From an uncultured delta proteobacterium (GTDB taxonomy: Bacteria; Myxococcota_A; Polyangia; Fen-1088): DNA of 64,000 nt. The stretch lies in contig CAVYGB010000002.1 of the NCBI GenBank assembly GCA_963767925.1, positions 224,001 through 288,000 on the forward strand, given 5' to 3'. A program made the position numbers and the translations under genes. Below, one piece after another: positions 28,860-40,206 of the stretch; the first letter of the stretch is position 1; each line of letters starts with the position of its first letter. Under the pieces are notes generated by a model, which did not search any database, was not told the DNA's origin, and saw only the letters and a list, made by a program, of their open reading frames with translations.

Positions 28860-29681
28860 GTGTTTCCGGAGCTGCCCCTGTGGCGCTGGGTGCTGGGCGC
28901 GGCCTGCGCCTTTGCCGTCGGCATGGCCAAGACCGGCGTGCCCGGCCTCGGGATCCTCGTCGTGCCCCTCATGGTCCTCACCGTGGGCGACGCCCGCCAG
29001 TCCGCCGGCTGGCTGCTGCCCCTGCTGTGCACCGCCGACCTCTTCGCGGTGGTCTATTACCGCCGCCACGCCCGGACCCGCCGGCTGTTTTACCTCGCCC
29101 CCTGGGTCCTGATCGGCATGGCCGCAGGCTCGTTCGCCCTCGGCGCCAGCGAGCGGTACCTGCGCCCCCTGGTCGGCGCGATCGTCCTGGCGATGATCGC
29201 CCTGCACCTGCGGCGCCGCCGCGCGGCTGCCGCCGCAACGCCCGCAGACGTCCCCGCCGAGCGCGGCGCCGATCCGGGCGCACCCGCCGTCCCTCCGACC
29301 CCCGCGGCATTGGGGCGCGACCGGATGGGGCAGGCGGTGGGGTTCGGGGTGGTGGCCGGCTTCGCCACCATGGTGGCCAACGCCGCCGGCCCGGTCATGA
29401 ACCTCTACCTGCTCGCCCAGCGGCTCCCCAAACACGAGTTCATCGCCACCGGCGCCTGGTTCTTCCTCGTGATCAACCTCAGCAAGCTGCCGGTCTACCG
29501 GGCCCACGGCCTGATCGGCGCCCGCTCGCTGCTCTTCGACCTCGTCCTGGTCCCCGCGGTGGTGACCGGCGCCCTCTCCGGCCGGGCGATCTTCGATCGC
29601 CTGCCCCAGCGCGGCTTCGAGCTCATCGTTCTTTCCCTGACCACCCTCGCCGCCCTGCTGCTGCTGGCTCCCCGCGGGTAG
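28860..29681 (+). CDS. Sulfite exporter TauE/SafE family membrane protein
   Basis: GMAKTGVPG, LLPLL..AD, GFATMVANAAGP, FIATGAWFF..NLSKLP. Confidence 0.92.
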   Translation: MFPELPLWRWVLGAACAFAVGMAKTGVPGLGILVVPLMVLTVGDARQSAGWLLPLLCTADLFAVVYYRRHARTRRLFYLAPWVLIGMAAGSFALGASERYLRPLVGAIVLAMIALHLRRRRAAAAATPADVPAERGADPGAPAVPPTPAALGRDRMGQAVGFGVVAGFATMVANAAGPVMNLYLLAQRLPKHEFIATGAWFFLVINLSKLPVYRAHGLIGARSLLFDLVLVPAVVTGALSGRAIFDRLPQRGFELIVLSLTTLAALLLLAPRG

Positions 29682-29719
29682 GGCCGCGGGGTCCTTCTCG
29701 CCGCCGGCGCTGGCGGCGC

Positions 29720-31315
29720 TCAGGGGCAGGGGGCGGACATGAGGCTGCCGAGGAGGGGGTGGGCGCCGTCGGCGGGGGTGGGGTTCTCGGTGAGGCAGGC
29801 GCCGGGGCTGACCTCGACGGTCGCGGCGGCGTCGGCGCTGGTGGACAGCTTCAACGTCCCCTCGACCAGCTCGAGACCGCCGGCGAAGGTGTCGCTCTCG
29901 GCGACCGTCTCGAGCACCACCCGGGCGCCACCGGCCGCCGGCGCGGCCAGCACGCCGTAGGTCTGCCCCTGCAGGTGCGCGTCGGGCGCCTCCTCGAAGT
30001 CGCCGGCCACGTGTTGCAGGCCGAAGGTGAGCCCCAGGTCGAAGCGCGGGGTGAGGGTGAAGCGGGCCTGGTCGCCGGCGATGGGCGCGATGGTCAGGTC
30101 CATCCGGTTGTTCTGGCCGGGGTTGAAGGCCAGCTCGAAGATGCGGGCCGCGCGCACCGCCACGAACGAGGGGCCGAGGCCCAGCCCCTGGAAGGCAAGC
30201 TCCTCGGCCGCCTCGGACAGGGTCATCGCCCCGTGCAGCCCGCCGACCGAGACGTGCAGATCGCGGTTGTCGGCCCCCAGGTCCCGGGGGTCCCAGGGCG
30301 CGCGCACGTCGACCTGGGGGATCGCGAGCTGCAGGGTCACGGTCTTCGCCACCCCGTCGCCGGTCAGGGCGAAGACCGGGTCGGCCGCCTTCATGGCGAA
30401 CGCGTGGTTCTCCCGGTCCTGGATGTCGAGGGCCTCGAGCACGCTCCAGCGCAGGCTCGCCTTCTCCTCGCCCAGCTTCTGCACCGCAAACCGGATGCGC
30501 CCCTGCAGCACCGCGAAGGGGAAGGGCTCGTCCCGCCGCTCGCCCTCGCCCTGCAGGGCCATGTTGGCGAAGGCCGTGGCCTGGCGGGCCATATCGAGGT
30601 CGGCCTCCCAGGCCAGCAGGTCGGAGTGGATCACGAGGACCGACAGCTCGAGCCGATCCGGCCCCAGCAGGATCTGGAAGCGGTAGCCGTCGCCGTCGCT
30701 GGTCACCACGATGCGCACCTGCAGCTTGGCCAGGTCGGCGCTGCAGCGGAGGTCGACCCGATCGACCCGGCCGCTGGCGATCTCCGAGGGGAGCGGCCGG
30801 CAGGTGGGATCGCCCTTCAGCAGATAGGTGGTGCTGGTGGCGTCGGTGCTCTCGACGTTCCCCGCGGCGAACAGGCGCGTCTCCAGCAGGGCCTCGACGT
30901 CGCCGGCGGTCTCGTCGACGTTCTCCTCCTCGCTGGCCAGCACCAGGAAGCTCGGGCGCGGGCGCAGCGATTTGAAGGCAGGCGTCTCCCAGAGGCGATC
31001 GAGGATCGGCGCCGGCAGGGGCCCGGGGAGAGCCTGGGCGGTCTCCGACTGGCGCGCGCCGGTCAGCCCTCCCGCCAGCCGGGACAGGACGCTGCCCTCG
31101 CCGGTGGAGAAGCTGAGCGCCCCGCCGAGCTGGCGGATGATGTCACCGGCGAACTGGGCCGACTTGCGGGCGGTGGTCGGCTGATCCACCGGCAGGGGAT
31201 CGACGTGGGCGTCGGCGCCGCCGTCCCGGCTGACAGCGGGCGAGGAGCCCCCCGCGCCACAACCGATCGCCCCCAGCACACCCAGCCCCAGCAGAAGCAA
31301 GTTTGTCCGCATCAT
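29720..31315 (-). CDS. Hypothetical lipoprotein
   Basis: RBS GGAGG, MMRTNLLLLGLGVLGAIGC lipobox, long protein-like ORF. Confidence 0.75.
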   Translation of the reverse strand: MMRTNLLLLGLGVLGAIGCGAGGSSPAVSRDGGADAHVDPLPVDQPTTARKSAQFAGDIIRQLGGALSFSTGEGSVLSRLAGGLTGARQSETAQALPGPLPAPILDRLWETPAFKSLRPRPSFLVLASEEENVDETAGDVEALLETRLFAAGNVESTDATSTTYLLKGDPTCRPLPSEIASGRVDRVDLRCSADLAKLQVRIVVTSDGDGYRFQILLGPDRLELSVLVIHSDLLAWEADLDMARQATAFANMALQGEGERRDEPFPFAVLQGRIRFAVQKLGEEKASLRWSVLEALDIQDRENHAFAMKAADPVFALTGDGVAKTVTLQLAIPQVDVRAPWDPRDLGADNRDLHVSVGGLHGAMTLSEAAEELAFQGLGLGPSFVAVRAARIFELAFNPGQNNRMDLTIAPIAGDQARFTLTPRFDLGLTFGLQHVAGDFEEAPDAHLQGQTYGVLAAPAAGGARVVLETVAESDTFAGGLELVEGTLKLSTSADAAATVEVSPGACLTENPTPADGAHPLLGSLMSAPCP

Positions 31316-31345
31316 CCAGGATGGTCCTCCATATATGGTCGCGCG

Positions 31346-32299
31346 ATGCAGGCGCGCGATATAGTCGCGCCCCTGATGCTCGTCAGAGGTCGCCGCTTCC
31401 TGAATCTCGACGCTGCCGGCAAACGACGCCGCTTCGCTCCCGCCGTCAGCGCCCTGGCGCTGGCCCTCTCCCTGGCCGCGTCGACCGGGTGCGGCCGTCA
31501 ACAGAGTGGCGTGCCAGGCTTCATGCGCCCCTGGAACCGGCCGAGCGAGCCCTTCCGCGTCGTCGGCAACGTGTATTCGGTGGGCACCAGCGGCGTCGGC
31601 GTCTACCTCATCACCACCCCCGCCGGGCACATCTTGCTCGACAGCGCCTTCGAGGCGAGCGTGCCGATGATCGCCGAGAACATCCGCCGGCTGGGCTTCC
31701 AGCCCGCCGATGTCGAGCTGCTGCTGGCCAGCCACGGCCACATCGATCACGTCGGCGGCCACGCCCGCATGCGCGAGCTGACCGGCGCCCGGGTGCTGAT
31801 CTCCGCCCCCGACGCCCGCCTCCTGCGCGAGGGTGGCCGCAACGACTTCGCCTACGGGGACACGCTGGCCTTCCGCCCCTGCCCGCCCGACGGCCTCGTC
31901 GCCGACGGGCAGAAGGTCGAGCTCGGCGGCACCACGCTGGTCGCCCACCTGACCCCCGGCCACACCGAGGGCGCCACCACCTGGACCATGCAGGTCGAGG
32001 AGGAGGGCCGCCCCCTGCAGGTCCTCTTCTTCCCGAGCGGCAACGTCAGCCCCGGCGCCCGCCTCAAGAACAACGAGAAGTACCCCACCATCGCCGCCGA
32101 CTTCGAGCGCAGCTTCGCCCGCTGGAAGGACCTGCCCTGCGACGTCTTCCTCGGCGCCCACACCATCTTCTTCGATCTCGCCGGCAAGCGCGCCCGCCAG
32201 AAGCCCGGCGCCCCCAACCCCTTCATCGACCCCGAGGGCTACCGCCGCACCCTCGCCGATCAGGAACAGAAGTTCCGCGCCCTCCTGGCCCGCGAGTGA
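31346..32299 (+). CDS. Subclass B3 metallo-beta-lactamase
   Basis: PSEPFRVVGNVYSVGT, SHGHIDH (HxHxDH), TPGHTEG, FLGAH, NPFIDP, plus a signal peptide. Start uncertain. Confidence 0.92.
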   Translation: MQARDIVAPLMLVRGRRFLNLDAAGKRRRFAPAVSALALALSLAASTGCGRQQSGVPGFMRPWNRPSEPFRVVGNVYSVGTSGVGVYLITTPAGHILLDSAFEASVPMIAENIRRLGFQPADVELLLASHGHIDHVGGHARMRELTGARVLISAPDARLLREGGRNDFAYGDTLAFRPCPPDGLVADGQKVELGGTTLVAHLTPGHTEGATTWTMQVEEEGRPLQVLFFPSGNVSPGARLKNNEKYPTIAADFERSFARWKDLPCDVFLGAHTIFFDLAGKRARQKPGAPNPFIDPEGYRRTLADQEQKFRALLARE

Positions 32300-32690
32300 A
32301 ACGCCGGTTTGATCCGGGCGCCTCCGCTCGACGGACCTGATCGATCCAGTCGACCAGGCCCGTGACCGTGGCCCGGTCCACGAAGCCGGACGCCGTCAGC
32401 TCCCCAGATAATGGTTGTGGCCTTCCCCGCGCAGCCGCCGGATCTACGCCGCAGCCCGTTGGTCACGAGGGCTTCGCAGCACTTTGCCTGCTCCCTGGGC
32501 TGTCGCGCCTCGCATCCGATTCCTGTTCGTCGACTCGCGATTTCGCTAGCCGCTTCTTTTCAGCGCCGCCCTCGCGGACGGGGCCCTTGCGGGCCTTCTT
32601 CGCCTTGCGGTTCGCCTGGAATTCCCGTGACCAAGTGTTCCAGAGGACTTTCACCTCCCAGTCAAAACCCATGCTGGGCAGACAGAGGTT

Positions 32691-32792
32691 CGGCGCGTCT
32701 GCGCGGCGGGTGAGGGACCTCCGGCGGGGCAACCTCCCCTCACCCTTCCCTCTCCCCACGGCCGCAGACGGCCGCGGGGAGAGGGCAAACGG
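32691..32792. repeat. REP-like element family A (reverse orientation)
   Basis: Near-exact reverse complement of 9239-9342. Confidence 0.85.
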
Positions 32793-33079
32793 GCAGGTGT
32801 GGGTCGAGCAATGCGGCTTGCGGCTGCCGGGGGTGGACGTCGCGTCGCCTTCGGCGCAGCAGAACGGGTTGCGAGGGGTGCGCGGGGAGTCGTCGTGATT
32901 TCCGGGGGTTCGGGGGGATCGTCATTTTTCTGGCGGGATTTTCGGATCGCTTTCGGTGGATCTGCTGCGCCTTTCTTCTCGCCTGGCGTGGGGGGTCGCC
33001 CAAGGTGCGCGCGTTCCTCACCCGCCCGTCACATTTTTCTTCGTGTAGCGCGGCGGCCGGAGGTGACACACTTGCCGGG

Positions 33080-34736
<1,657 letters not shown>

Positions 34737-34738
<2 letters not shown>

Positions 34739-34836
34739 ACCGAACCGAACCGAACCGAACCGAACCGAACCGAACCGAACCGAACCGAACCGAACCGAAC
34801 CGAACCGAACCGAACCGAACCGAACCGAACCGAACC
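34737..34836. repeat. (GAACC)n pentanucleotide microsatellite, about 20 units
   Basis: Perfect repeat beginning within the stop codon of the upstream gene. Confidence 0.97.
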
Positions 34837-35006
34837 CGCCGACGGCCCCTCCCCCGAACGCTCGACAAGCAACATCGACCGCTGCCACCGGGAGCCTCCC
34901 TGGCCCCGATTTGATTTAAATGCGTTCAACAGCGCGAAATTCAAGGGAATATTTCCCCGATTGTTCGTTAACCGAGACAGAGAATTTCGTCAACGGAGGG
35001 CGTCTC

Positions 35007-36008
35007 ATGAGGCCGCGACCCGTCCCAGCCTGCACCTGGCTCATCGCGATCGTCGCAAGCGCTGCCGGCGCCTGCCGGCTCGAACCGATCCCGGACCCGC
35101 CACCGCCCGTCCCGACCAGCGACGCCGGTCCCGTGGCACAGCCGGACGCGCCCCTCCGGCCAGCCGACGGCCCCCCGCCCGACCTGGCCCCGCTCCCCTC
35201 CGAAGCGGAGGCCGGCGCCATCGTCGAGGGGCCTGACGTCACCGACGCGGCCCCGGACCGGGGCCCGGCCGCCGACGCCGCCGCCAGCGACGGCCCGCCG
35301 GTCGCCGATGCCCTGCCCCCCGACCAGCGCCCGGCCGACACGACCCCCGATCAGGCGTTGCCGCCGGTGCTGGGGCTGGTCGCCCACTGGCGCTTCGACG
35401 AGGGCCGCGGCACCAGCTCCGCCGACGCCACCGGCAACGGCGGCACCTGCACCCTCCACAACGGCACCGCCTGGGAGGCGAGCCGCGTCGCCCGCGGCCC
35501 CGGCGACTTCGCCGTGCGGCTCGACGGAGAGAACGACTACCTCTCGGCCACCGTGACCCGGATGATCCCGCGCATCGAGGCAGCCAAGAGCATCGCCTAC
35601 TGGTTCGTCCCCGACGCCGGCGCGCCGGCGCCTTCGGGCAACCAGCGCACCTGCGTGGCCCTGGCCGACCCGGGCATGCGGGTGGGCATCCAGGTGGGGC
35701 TCGACCGCAACCGCCCCGCGGCCTGGTCCTGGGGCCAGAACGCGGGCTTCGTGATCACCAGCGCCACCCCCCCGGCCGGCGCCCGCCACCTGACCTACAC
35801 CTTCGACGGCACCACCCACCGCCTCTACCTCGACGGCGCGCTGGCCTCTACCTCGACCGCCGGCTCCCAGAGCGGCGCCGTCACCACCATCTACGTCGGT
35901 ACCTACGATCCGCCCAGCGAGCTGTGCGCCGGGCAGATCGACGACCTGCGGATCTACGACCGCGCGCTCAGCGCCGCCGAGGTGGGCACCCTCGCGGCGC
36001 GCCCGTGA
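35007..36008 (+). CDS. LamG domain lipoprotein
   Basis: Lipobox AGAC, LVAHWRFDEG, DATGNG, GQIDDLRIYDRALS. Confidence 0.9.
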   Translation: MRPRPVPACTWLIAIVASAAGACRLEPIPDPPPPVPTSDAGPVAQPDAPLRPADGPPPDLAPLPSEAEAGAIVEGPDVTDAAPDRGPAADAAASDGPPVADALPPDQRPADTTPDQALPPVLGLVAHWRFDEGRGTSSADATGNGGTCTLHNGTAWEASRVARGPGDFAVRLDGENDYLSATVTRMIPRIEAAKSIAYWFVPDAGAPAPSGNQRTCVALADPGMRVGIQVGLDRNRPAAWSWGQNAGFVITSATPPAGARHLTYTFDGTTHRLYLDGALASTSTAGSQSGAVTTIYVGTYDPPSELCAGQIDDLRIYDRALSAAEVGTLAARP

Positions 36009-37049
36009 TCAGGGGGTGAGGGCGAAGCAGTAGAAGGCGCCGTAGCCGCCGCCGGCGCCGATGCTCGAGCCATTGCCGCCGCCGCCCGAGACGAGGTTCA
36101 CGCCGGGCAGGCAGCTCCGGCCGGTGTGAACCTCGATCCAGTGGACGCCGCTGGCGTTCGAGGGCCAGGAGTGCCCGAACCCGATCTGCGGGCGCATGGC
36201 CAGGCCGATGGTGGCGCTGGTCCAGTCCTGGCACGTGTTCATGGCGTTGCCGGGGAAGCGGAGGCGCCCCATGCGGTTGGACCCCGTGATGGTGTCGTGG
36301 GTGTCGTTGGGGCCGCTGGTGGGGCGGCCGCGCCCCTTCTCGTCGACAAGGTCGGCGGCGGCCTGAGGATCGCCGGCCGGGCGGTTGCCGCTGGTGAGGC
36401 CGGCCTTGTCGTTGGCGATGAGGCGCCCGTTCCGGTCGTACCAGGGCCCCTCGCCGATGCGGTCGATCGCGTGCACCGGCTGGCCGTCCGGCCCGCGCAC
36501 GACGCTGAGGAAGGCCCGCCAGGTCTTGCTGCCGAAGCCCTCGCCCTCGGCGAGCGTCTGGCAGATCTTGTCGGCCCCCTCCAGGCCCGAGGGCATGCCG
36601 AAGCTGAGGTTGCCTCCGAAGCCGTTCTGGCTGCCCGACAGCCGGCGCATCCCCTCGATGCTGGTCACGAAGAAGCTGAAGCGTGCCTGGGCGGGGGCCG
36701 CGTCGCTGCCGCCGCCGCCGGCCCTGTCCGCCGGTCGGCCGTCCCGCGGTCCCGCGTCGCGCCGGGCATCACCCGCCGGGGCGCCGCCACTGTCCGCGCT
36801 CCCGGGGGTCCCCCCGCGGCCGCCGCTGCCCCCGGATCCACCGGTGGGGGGAGACGTCGGCGCCGCCCCGGCGCCTCCGCCGCTGCCGCCCTGGCCGCCG
36901 CTGCCGGCCGCGCCGCCGGTCCCGGGCGCGCCCGTGCCGGCGCTGCCGCCGGTGCCGCCGCCCGCCGGCGGGTCATCCGCCGCGGCGCAGCCCGCCACGA
37001 CAAGTCCGAGGGTCCCCGCTACGACAAGGCCGAGTCGCGATGTGGGCAT
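36009..37049 (-). CDS. Secreted lipoprotein with C-type lectin/endostatin-like domain
   Basis: Lipobox VAGC, FFVTS, GLEGADKICQ, WRAFLS, DRIGEGPWY, CQDWTS, FYCFA. Confidence 0.8.
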   Translation of the reverse strand: MPTSRLGLVVAGTLGLVVAGCAAADDPPAGGGTGGSAGTGAPGTGGAAGSGGQGGSGGGAGAAPTSPPTGGSGGSGGRGGTPGSADSGGAPAGDARRDAGPRDGRPADRAGGGGSDAAPAQARFSFFVTSIEGMRRLSGSQNGFGGNLSFGMPSGLEGADKICQTLAEGEGFGSKTWRAFLSVVRGPDGQPVHAIDRIGEGPWYDRNGRLIANDKAGLTSGNRPAGDPQAAADLVDEKGRGRPTSGPNDTHDTITGSNRMGRLRFPGNAMNTCQDWTSATIGLAMRPQIGFGHSWPSNASGVHWIEVHTGRSCLPGVNLVSGGGGNGSSIGAGGGYGAFYCFALTP

Positions 37050-37205
37050 GGGTACTTCTACATTGGTGAACGACCGGTGACATTTTCATCAGTCGTGCAA
37101 CGGATTGGAAAAACCGGCCCCGCCGCGACTCGTCGCGCTGGCCCGCGGGCCCAGCGGGCGCCCGGAAACTCCACCCCGTCGCGGGGCCGGCTTATCCTCG
37201 GGGGC

Positions 37206-37391
37206 ATGTTTCCGCCGCCCGGTACCCCGGTCCCGGCCGACCCGGCGATCGAGGCCCTCAAGCGAGAGGTCGACCGCGACGCCCTGCGCGCCAACCTGGC
37301 CCTCAGCCCCGAAGAACGGCTGCAGCGGCTGATGGAGATGCAGGCCTTCGCCGACGAGCTGAAGCGGCGCAGCCGCCGCGAGCCGCCCTGA
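37206..37391 (+). CDS. Small helical protein (antitoxin-like partner)
   Basis: VDRDALRANLALSPEERL motif. TGATG overlap with the next gene. Confidence 0.7.
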   Translation: MFPPPGTPVPADPAIEALKREVDRDALRANLALSPEERLQRLMEMQAFADELKRRSRREPP

Positions 37392-37903
37392 TGGTCGACT
37401 ACGCCACGGCCCTGCGGGCGCTGGTCGATGGCGGCGTCCGCTTCGTGCTTGTCGGCGGCGCCGCCGCCACCGCCCACGGCTCGCCCCGCCTCACCCACGA
37501 CCTCGACCTCCTGATCGCCCGCAACCCCGCGAACCTCGACCGCCTCAGCAAGGCGCTGGCCCCCTTCCCGCCCCCCGCCGGCGAGGGCCCCCTGCCCATC
37601 ATCGATGCCGCCACCCTGGCCGGCGGGAGCCTGACCCTGCCCACGGGCCTCGGCCCGATCGACCTGCACGGCGCGCTCCCCGGCGGCGGCAGCTACGAGG
37701 ACCTGCTGCCCGGAGCCATCGAGGTCGAGCTGTTCGGTCGGGCCTGCCGCTGCCTCGACCTGCCCGCCCTCATCGCCGTCAAGCGCGCCGGTGCCACCCG
37801 CACCGAGGACCTCGAGGCCCTGGCCGAGCTGGAGGCCCTCCTCGAGGAGCGCCAGACCGCGCCCCCCCGGCCCCCGGGCGCCCGGCTAAGAGCCAGCCGC
37901 TGA
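37391..37903 (+). CDS. Nucleotidyltransferase (Pol-beta superfamily, DUF6036-like)
   Basis: FVLVGGAA..HGSPRLTHDLDL, LIAVKRA, DL..L..LE. The stop codon lies inside the adjacent IS end. Confidence 0.85.
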   Translation: MVDYATALRALVDGGVRFVLVGGAAATAHGSPRLTHDLDLLIARNPANLDRLSKALAPFPPPAGEGPLPIIDAATLAGGSLTLPTGLGPIDLHGALPGGGSYEDLLPGAIEVELFGRACRCLDLPALIAVKRAGATRTEDLEALAELEALLEERQTAPPRPPGARLRASR

Positions 37904-38497
37904 AACCTGTGGAGAATTTGCGCCGATGGGCGAAACGAGGTGTCGAGGCCGGGACGCGTGCTCGTGGGCGTGTTCGAGCGCGAGTTCGTGTGGGGCGAGC
38001 GTTGAGCGGCCAGGCGGCTCTCGGTGCGCGTAAATCACGCGCACATAAATCACGCGAGCCGAGGCCCGCGGGCCGAACACGCTCACCCCACACGGACACG
38101 AACTCGAACACGCGCTCGCACACGAGCACGACCACGACAGCCGCGGCAGTCATCAGGGTTGGTGGCGGTGCATGCCGGCGAGCCGAGTGAGCATCGCGCA
38201 CAGCCGGTCGAGCAGAGACATCACCGCTTCGATCTCGGTATCGGGAGCAAGTCCCAGGATTGCAACCGCCTCCAAGGCGGCTGCCGCCTCGGACGCTTCG
38301 CCTCTGGCGGTGCGGAACCGTGAGATCCTGTCGGCGCCCGTTCGGCTGGATGCCTCGGCGATGCCCAGGTATGCCGACAACAGCGCGCGCCGAAGCTGGT
38401 CCTGCAACGTCGCATACCCCGGAATCGTCTACAAGCTCAAGACCGGGTGCCAATGGGATGCCATCCCCCGCGAGTTCGGCAGCGGCAGCGTGTGCTA
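37890..38497 (-). mobile_element. Truncated, internally deleted, inverted copy of the IS5-family element at 59916-61514
   Basis: 37890-38419 is the reverse complement of about 60991-61514 (TIR plus 3' part of the passenger gene). 38420-38497 matches transposase bases about 60540-60617 (GIVYKLKTGCQWDAIP). Confidence 0.93.
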
Positions 38498-38511
38498 AAG
38501 GACTGTTTTCG

Positions 38512-38550
38512 AAGTAGTCGGGTCCCCTCGCTTCGCCCGGGCCCGACTAG
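38512..38550. repeat. REP-like hairpin family B (GTAG-tailed)
   Basis: AAGTAGTCGGGTCCCCTCGCTTCGCCCGGGCCCGACTAG, with a second copy in opposite orientation at 57103-57141. Confidence 0.75.
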
Positions 38551-40184
38551 TACCGGTAGCCGACGCCGAAGCCGCTGCGGTAGGTGAGGGCGCCCGAGCG
38601 GGCGGCGTTGCCCTGGACCCCGACCCGGCTGTCCTGCCGGCGCATGTAGAAGTTCGCCAGCTCCAGCGAGGCCTCGAGGGTGAAGCCGCGGCCGAGCGGC
38701 CAGGAGGCCCAGCCACCCACCGTCGTGATCAGCCCCTGCGGGCGCACCTCGCTGGTGCAGGCGCCGCCGGTGGGGCACTCCGCCTCGACGAGGGTGTGCT
38801 TGAACAGGCCCCAGCCGACCGAGACAAGCGGCGCCACCGCCAGCCGCCCCAGATCGAGGACGTACATCCCGGCCAGCTCGGCGGTCAGCTCGTCGAGGGT
38901 GTGGGCGCGAAACCGTCCCGCGGGCTGGCGGGCCCGGCCGCTGCCGTAGCCCAGCCGCGGGACCAGCGAGAAGCGGGGCAGCTCGAAGGCCCAGCCGAGC
39001 TGCAGGCCGAACATGTTCGAGTAGCCGGTGCCGAGGGGACCGTGCATGGTCCCGCTCAGCACGGGGCCGTTGGCGAGCTGGGCGGCGGTCTCGCCCTTGC
39101 GCACCACCTGGGCGATGGGGACCGCCCGCATCTGGCTGGGGGACAGCGTGCGCGACTCGCCGGGGGCCAGCGACAGCTCCGTCTCGAACACCTCGGCGCC
39201 GGTGCGGGCCCGGATGCGGTAGCGCCCGGGGCTCACCTGCAGGGGCAAGCGCGCCACCTTGGCCCCGGCCTCGAACAGCAGGGCGCCGGTGTCGGGGTGC
39301 ATGAGCAGGTATTCGCCGGTGGCGGCCAGCACCAGCTCGGCTCGCTCGCCGCGCGTGCGCAGATCGGCCAGCACCGGGTCGGCCCGCCCCCGCAGGTCGT
39401 ATTCGAAGGTCGCGTGTTGCGATCCCGCGAGGGTGTTCATCGACGTCTTGAGCGTCTGCTCGGACGAATAGCTGTAGGCCTCCCCCAGGGTGACGAGGCG
39501 GTCGAGGTTCAGGTCGCCCATCCCGCGCAGGCCCGCCAGGAAGTGGTGGGTGAAGACCGAGGAGCGGAAGGCCTCGCTCTCCTGGGCGTCTTCGCCCGCG
39601 CTCGAGGAGGTGATGACGGCGTAGCCCTCGTTGCGCAGGAGATCCTCGATCCCGATCTGGAAGGGGGCCACCGGCCGGCCGCCCTTGACCCGGGTCAGCG
39701 CGCCCGAGCGGCAGGCGTCGACGAGCAGGACCTTCAGCTTGGCCTGCGAGGCGCGCACCAGGCCGGATAGCTCCTCCATCGGCAGCTCGGTGCCGCCGAG
39801 GTGCAGGTTCTCGGCGTCGGCGTGCCCCGAATAGTAGGCGAACAGCACCGCCTCGCCGCCGGTCGTGCGCAGGTCGCCCTGGATGCGCACGATGAGGTCG
39901 AGCAGCGCCCGCCGGACCCGGGTGGCGTCCGGCGCGATCAGTCGGGTCACCCGCTCGCTGGGGAAGCGGCCCACCTCGACCAGCAGGTCGGCCACCGCGT
40001 CCACGTCCGACTCGGCGTAGCGCAGGGGCACCTCGTGGGCCGCGCCCCGGTTGGACCCGACGAGGAAGCCGTAGCGCTTGATCTCGGCCTGCGCCGCCGC
40101 CGGCACGAGGGCGGCCAGCAGCAGCGCCCCCAGGGCGACGGCGAGGCGCGGCCGGTGCGGGCGCGGGGGCGGGGGCGGCATCAT
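38547..40184 (-). CDS. Caspase-like (peptidase C14) protein with signal peptide and probable C-terminal outer-membrane beta-barrel
   Basis: LRYAESD, YYSGHAD (His), VDACRSG (Cys), AQES, FTHHFLAGLRG.GD. Ends in amphipathic strands ...GFGVGYRY. Confidence 0.88.
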   Translation of the reverse strand: MMPPPPPRPHRPRLAVALGALLLAALVPAAAQAEIKRYGFLVGSNRGAAHEVPLRYAESDVDAVADLLVEVGRFPSERVTRLIAPDATRVRRALLDLIVRIQGDLRTTGGEAVLFAYYSGHADAENLHLGGTELPMEELSGLVRASQAKLKVLLVDACRSGALTRVKGGRPVAPFQIGIEDLLRNEGYAVITSSSAGEDAQESEAFRSSVFTHHFLAGLRGMGDLNLDRLVTLGEAYSYSSEQTLKTSMNTLAGSQHATFEYDLRGRADPVLADLRTRGERAELVLAATGEYLLMHPDTGALLFEAGAKVARLPLQVSPGRYRIRARTGAEVFETELSLAPGESRTLSPSQMRAVPIAQVVRKGETAAQLANGPVLSGTMHGPLGTGYSNMFGLQLGWAFELPRFSLVPRLGYGSGRARQPAGRFRAHTLDELTAELAGMYVLDLGRLAVAPLVSVGWGLFKHTLVEAECPTGGACTSEVRPQGLITTVGGWASWPLGRGFTLEASLELANFYMRRQDSRVGVQGNAARSGALTYRSGFGVGYRY

Positions 40185-40206
40185 GCGGGCCTCACAACGA
40201 TAGCGC

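Noticed and set aside
32362..33000. Small ORFs or gene remnant in the intergenic region after the beta-lactamase
   Set aside because: No recognisable motif, and the ORFs overlap a REP element.
38498..38512. End of another IS (AAGGACTGTTTTCGA) at the truncation point
   Set aside because: Only a short resemblance, with no partner repeat or transposase in the window.
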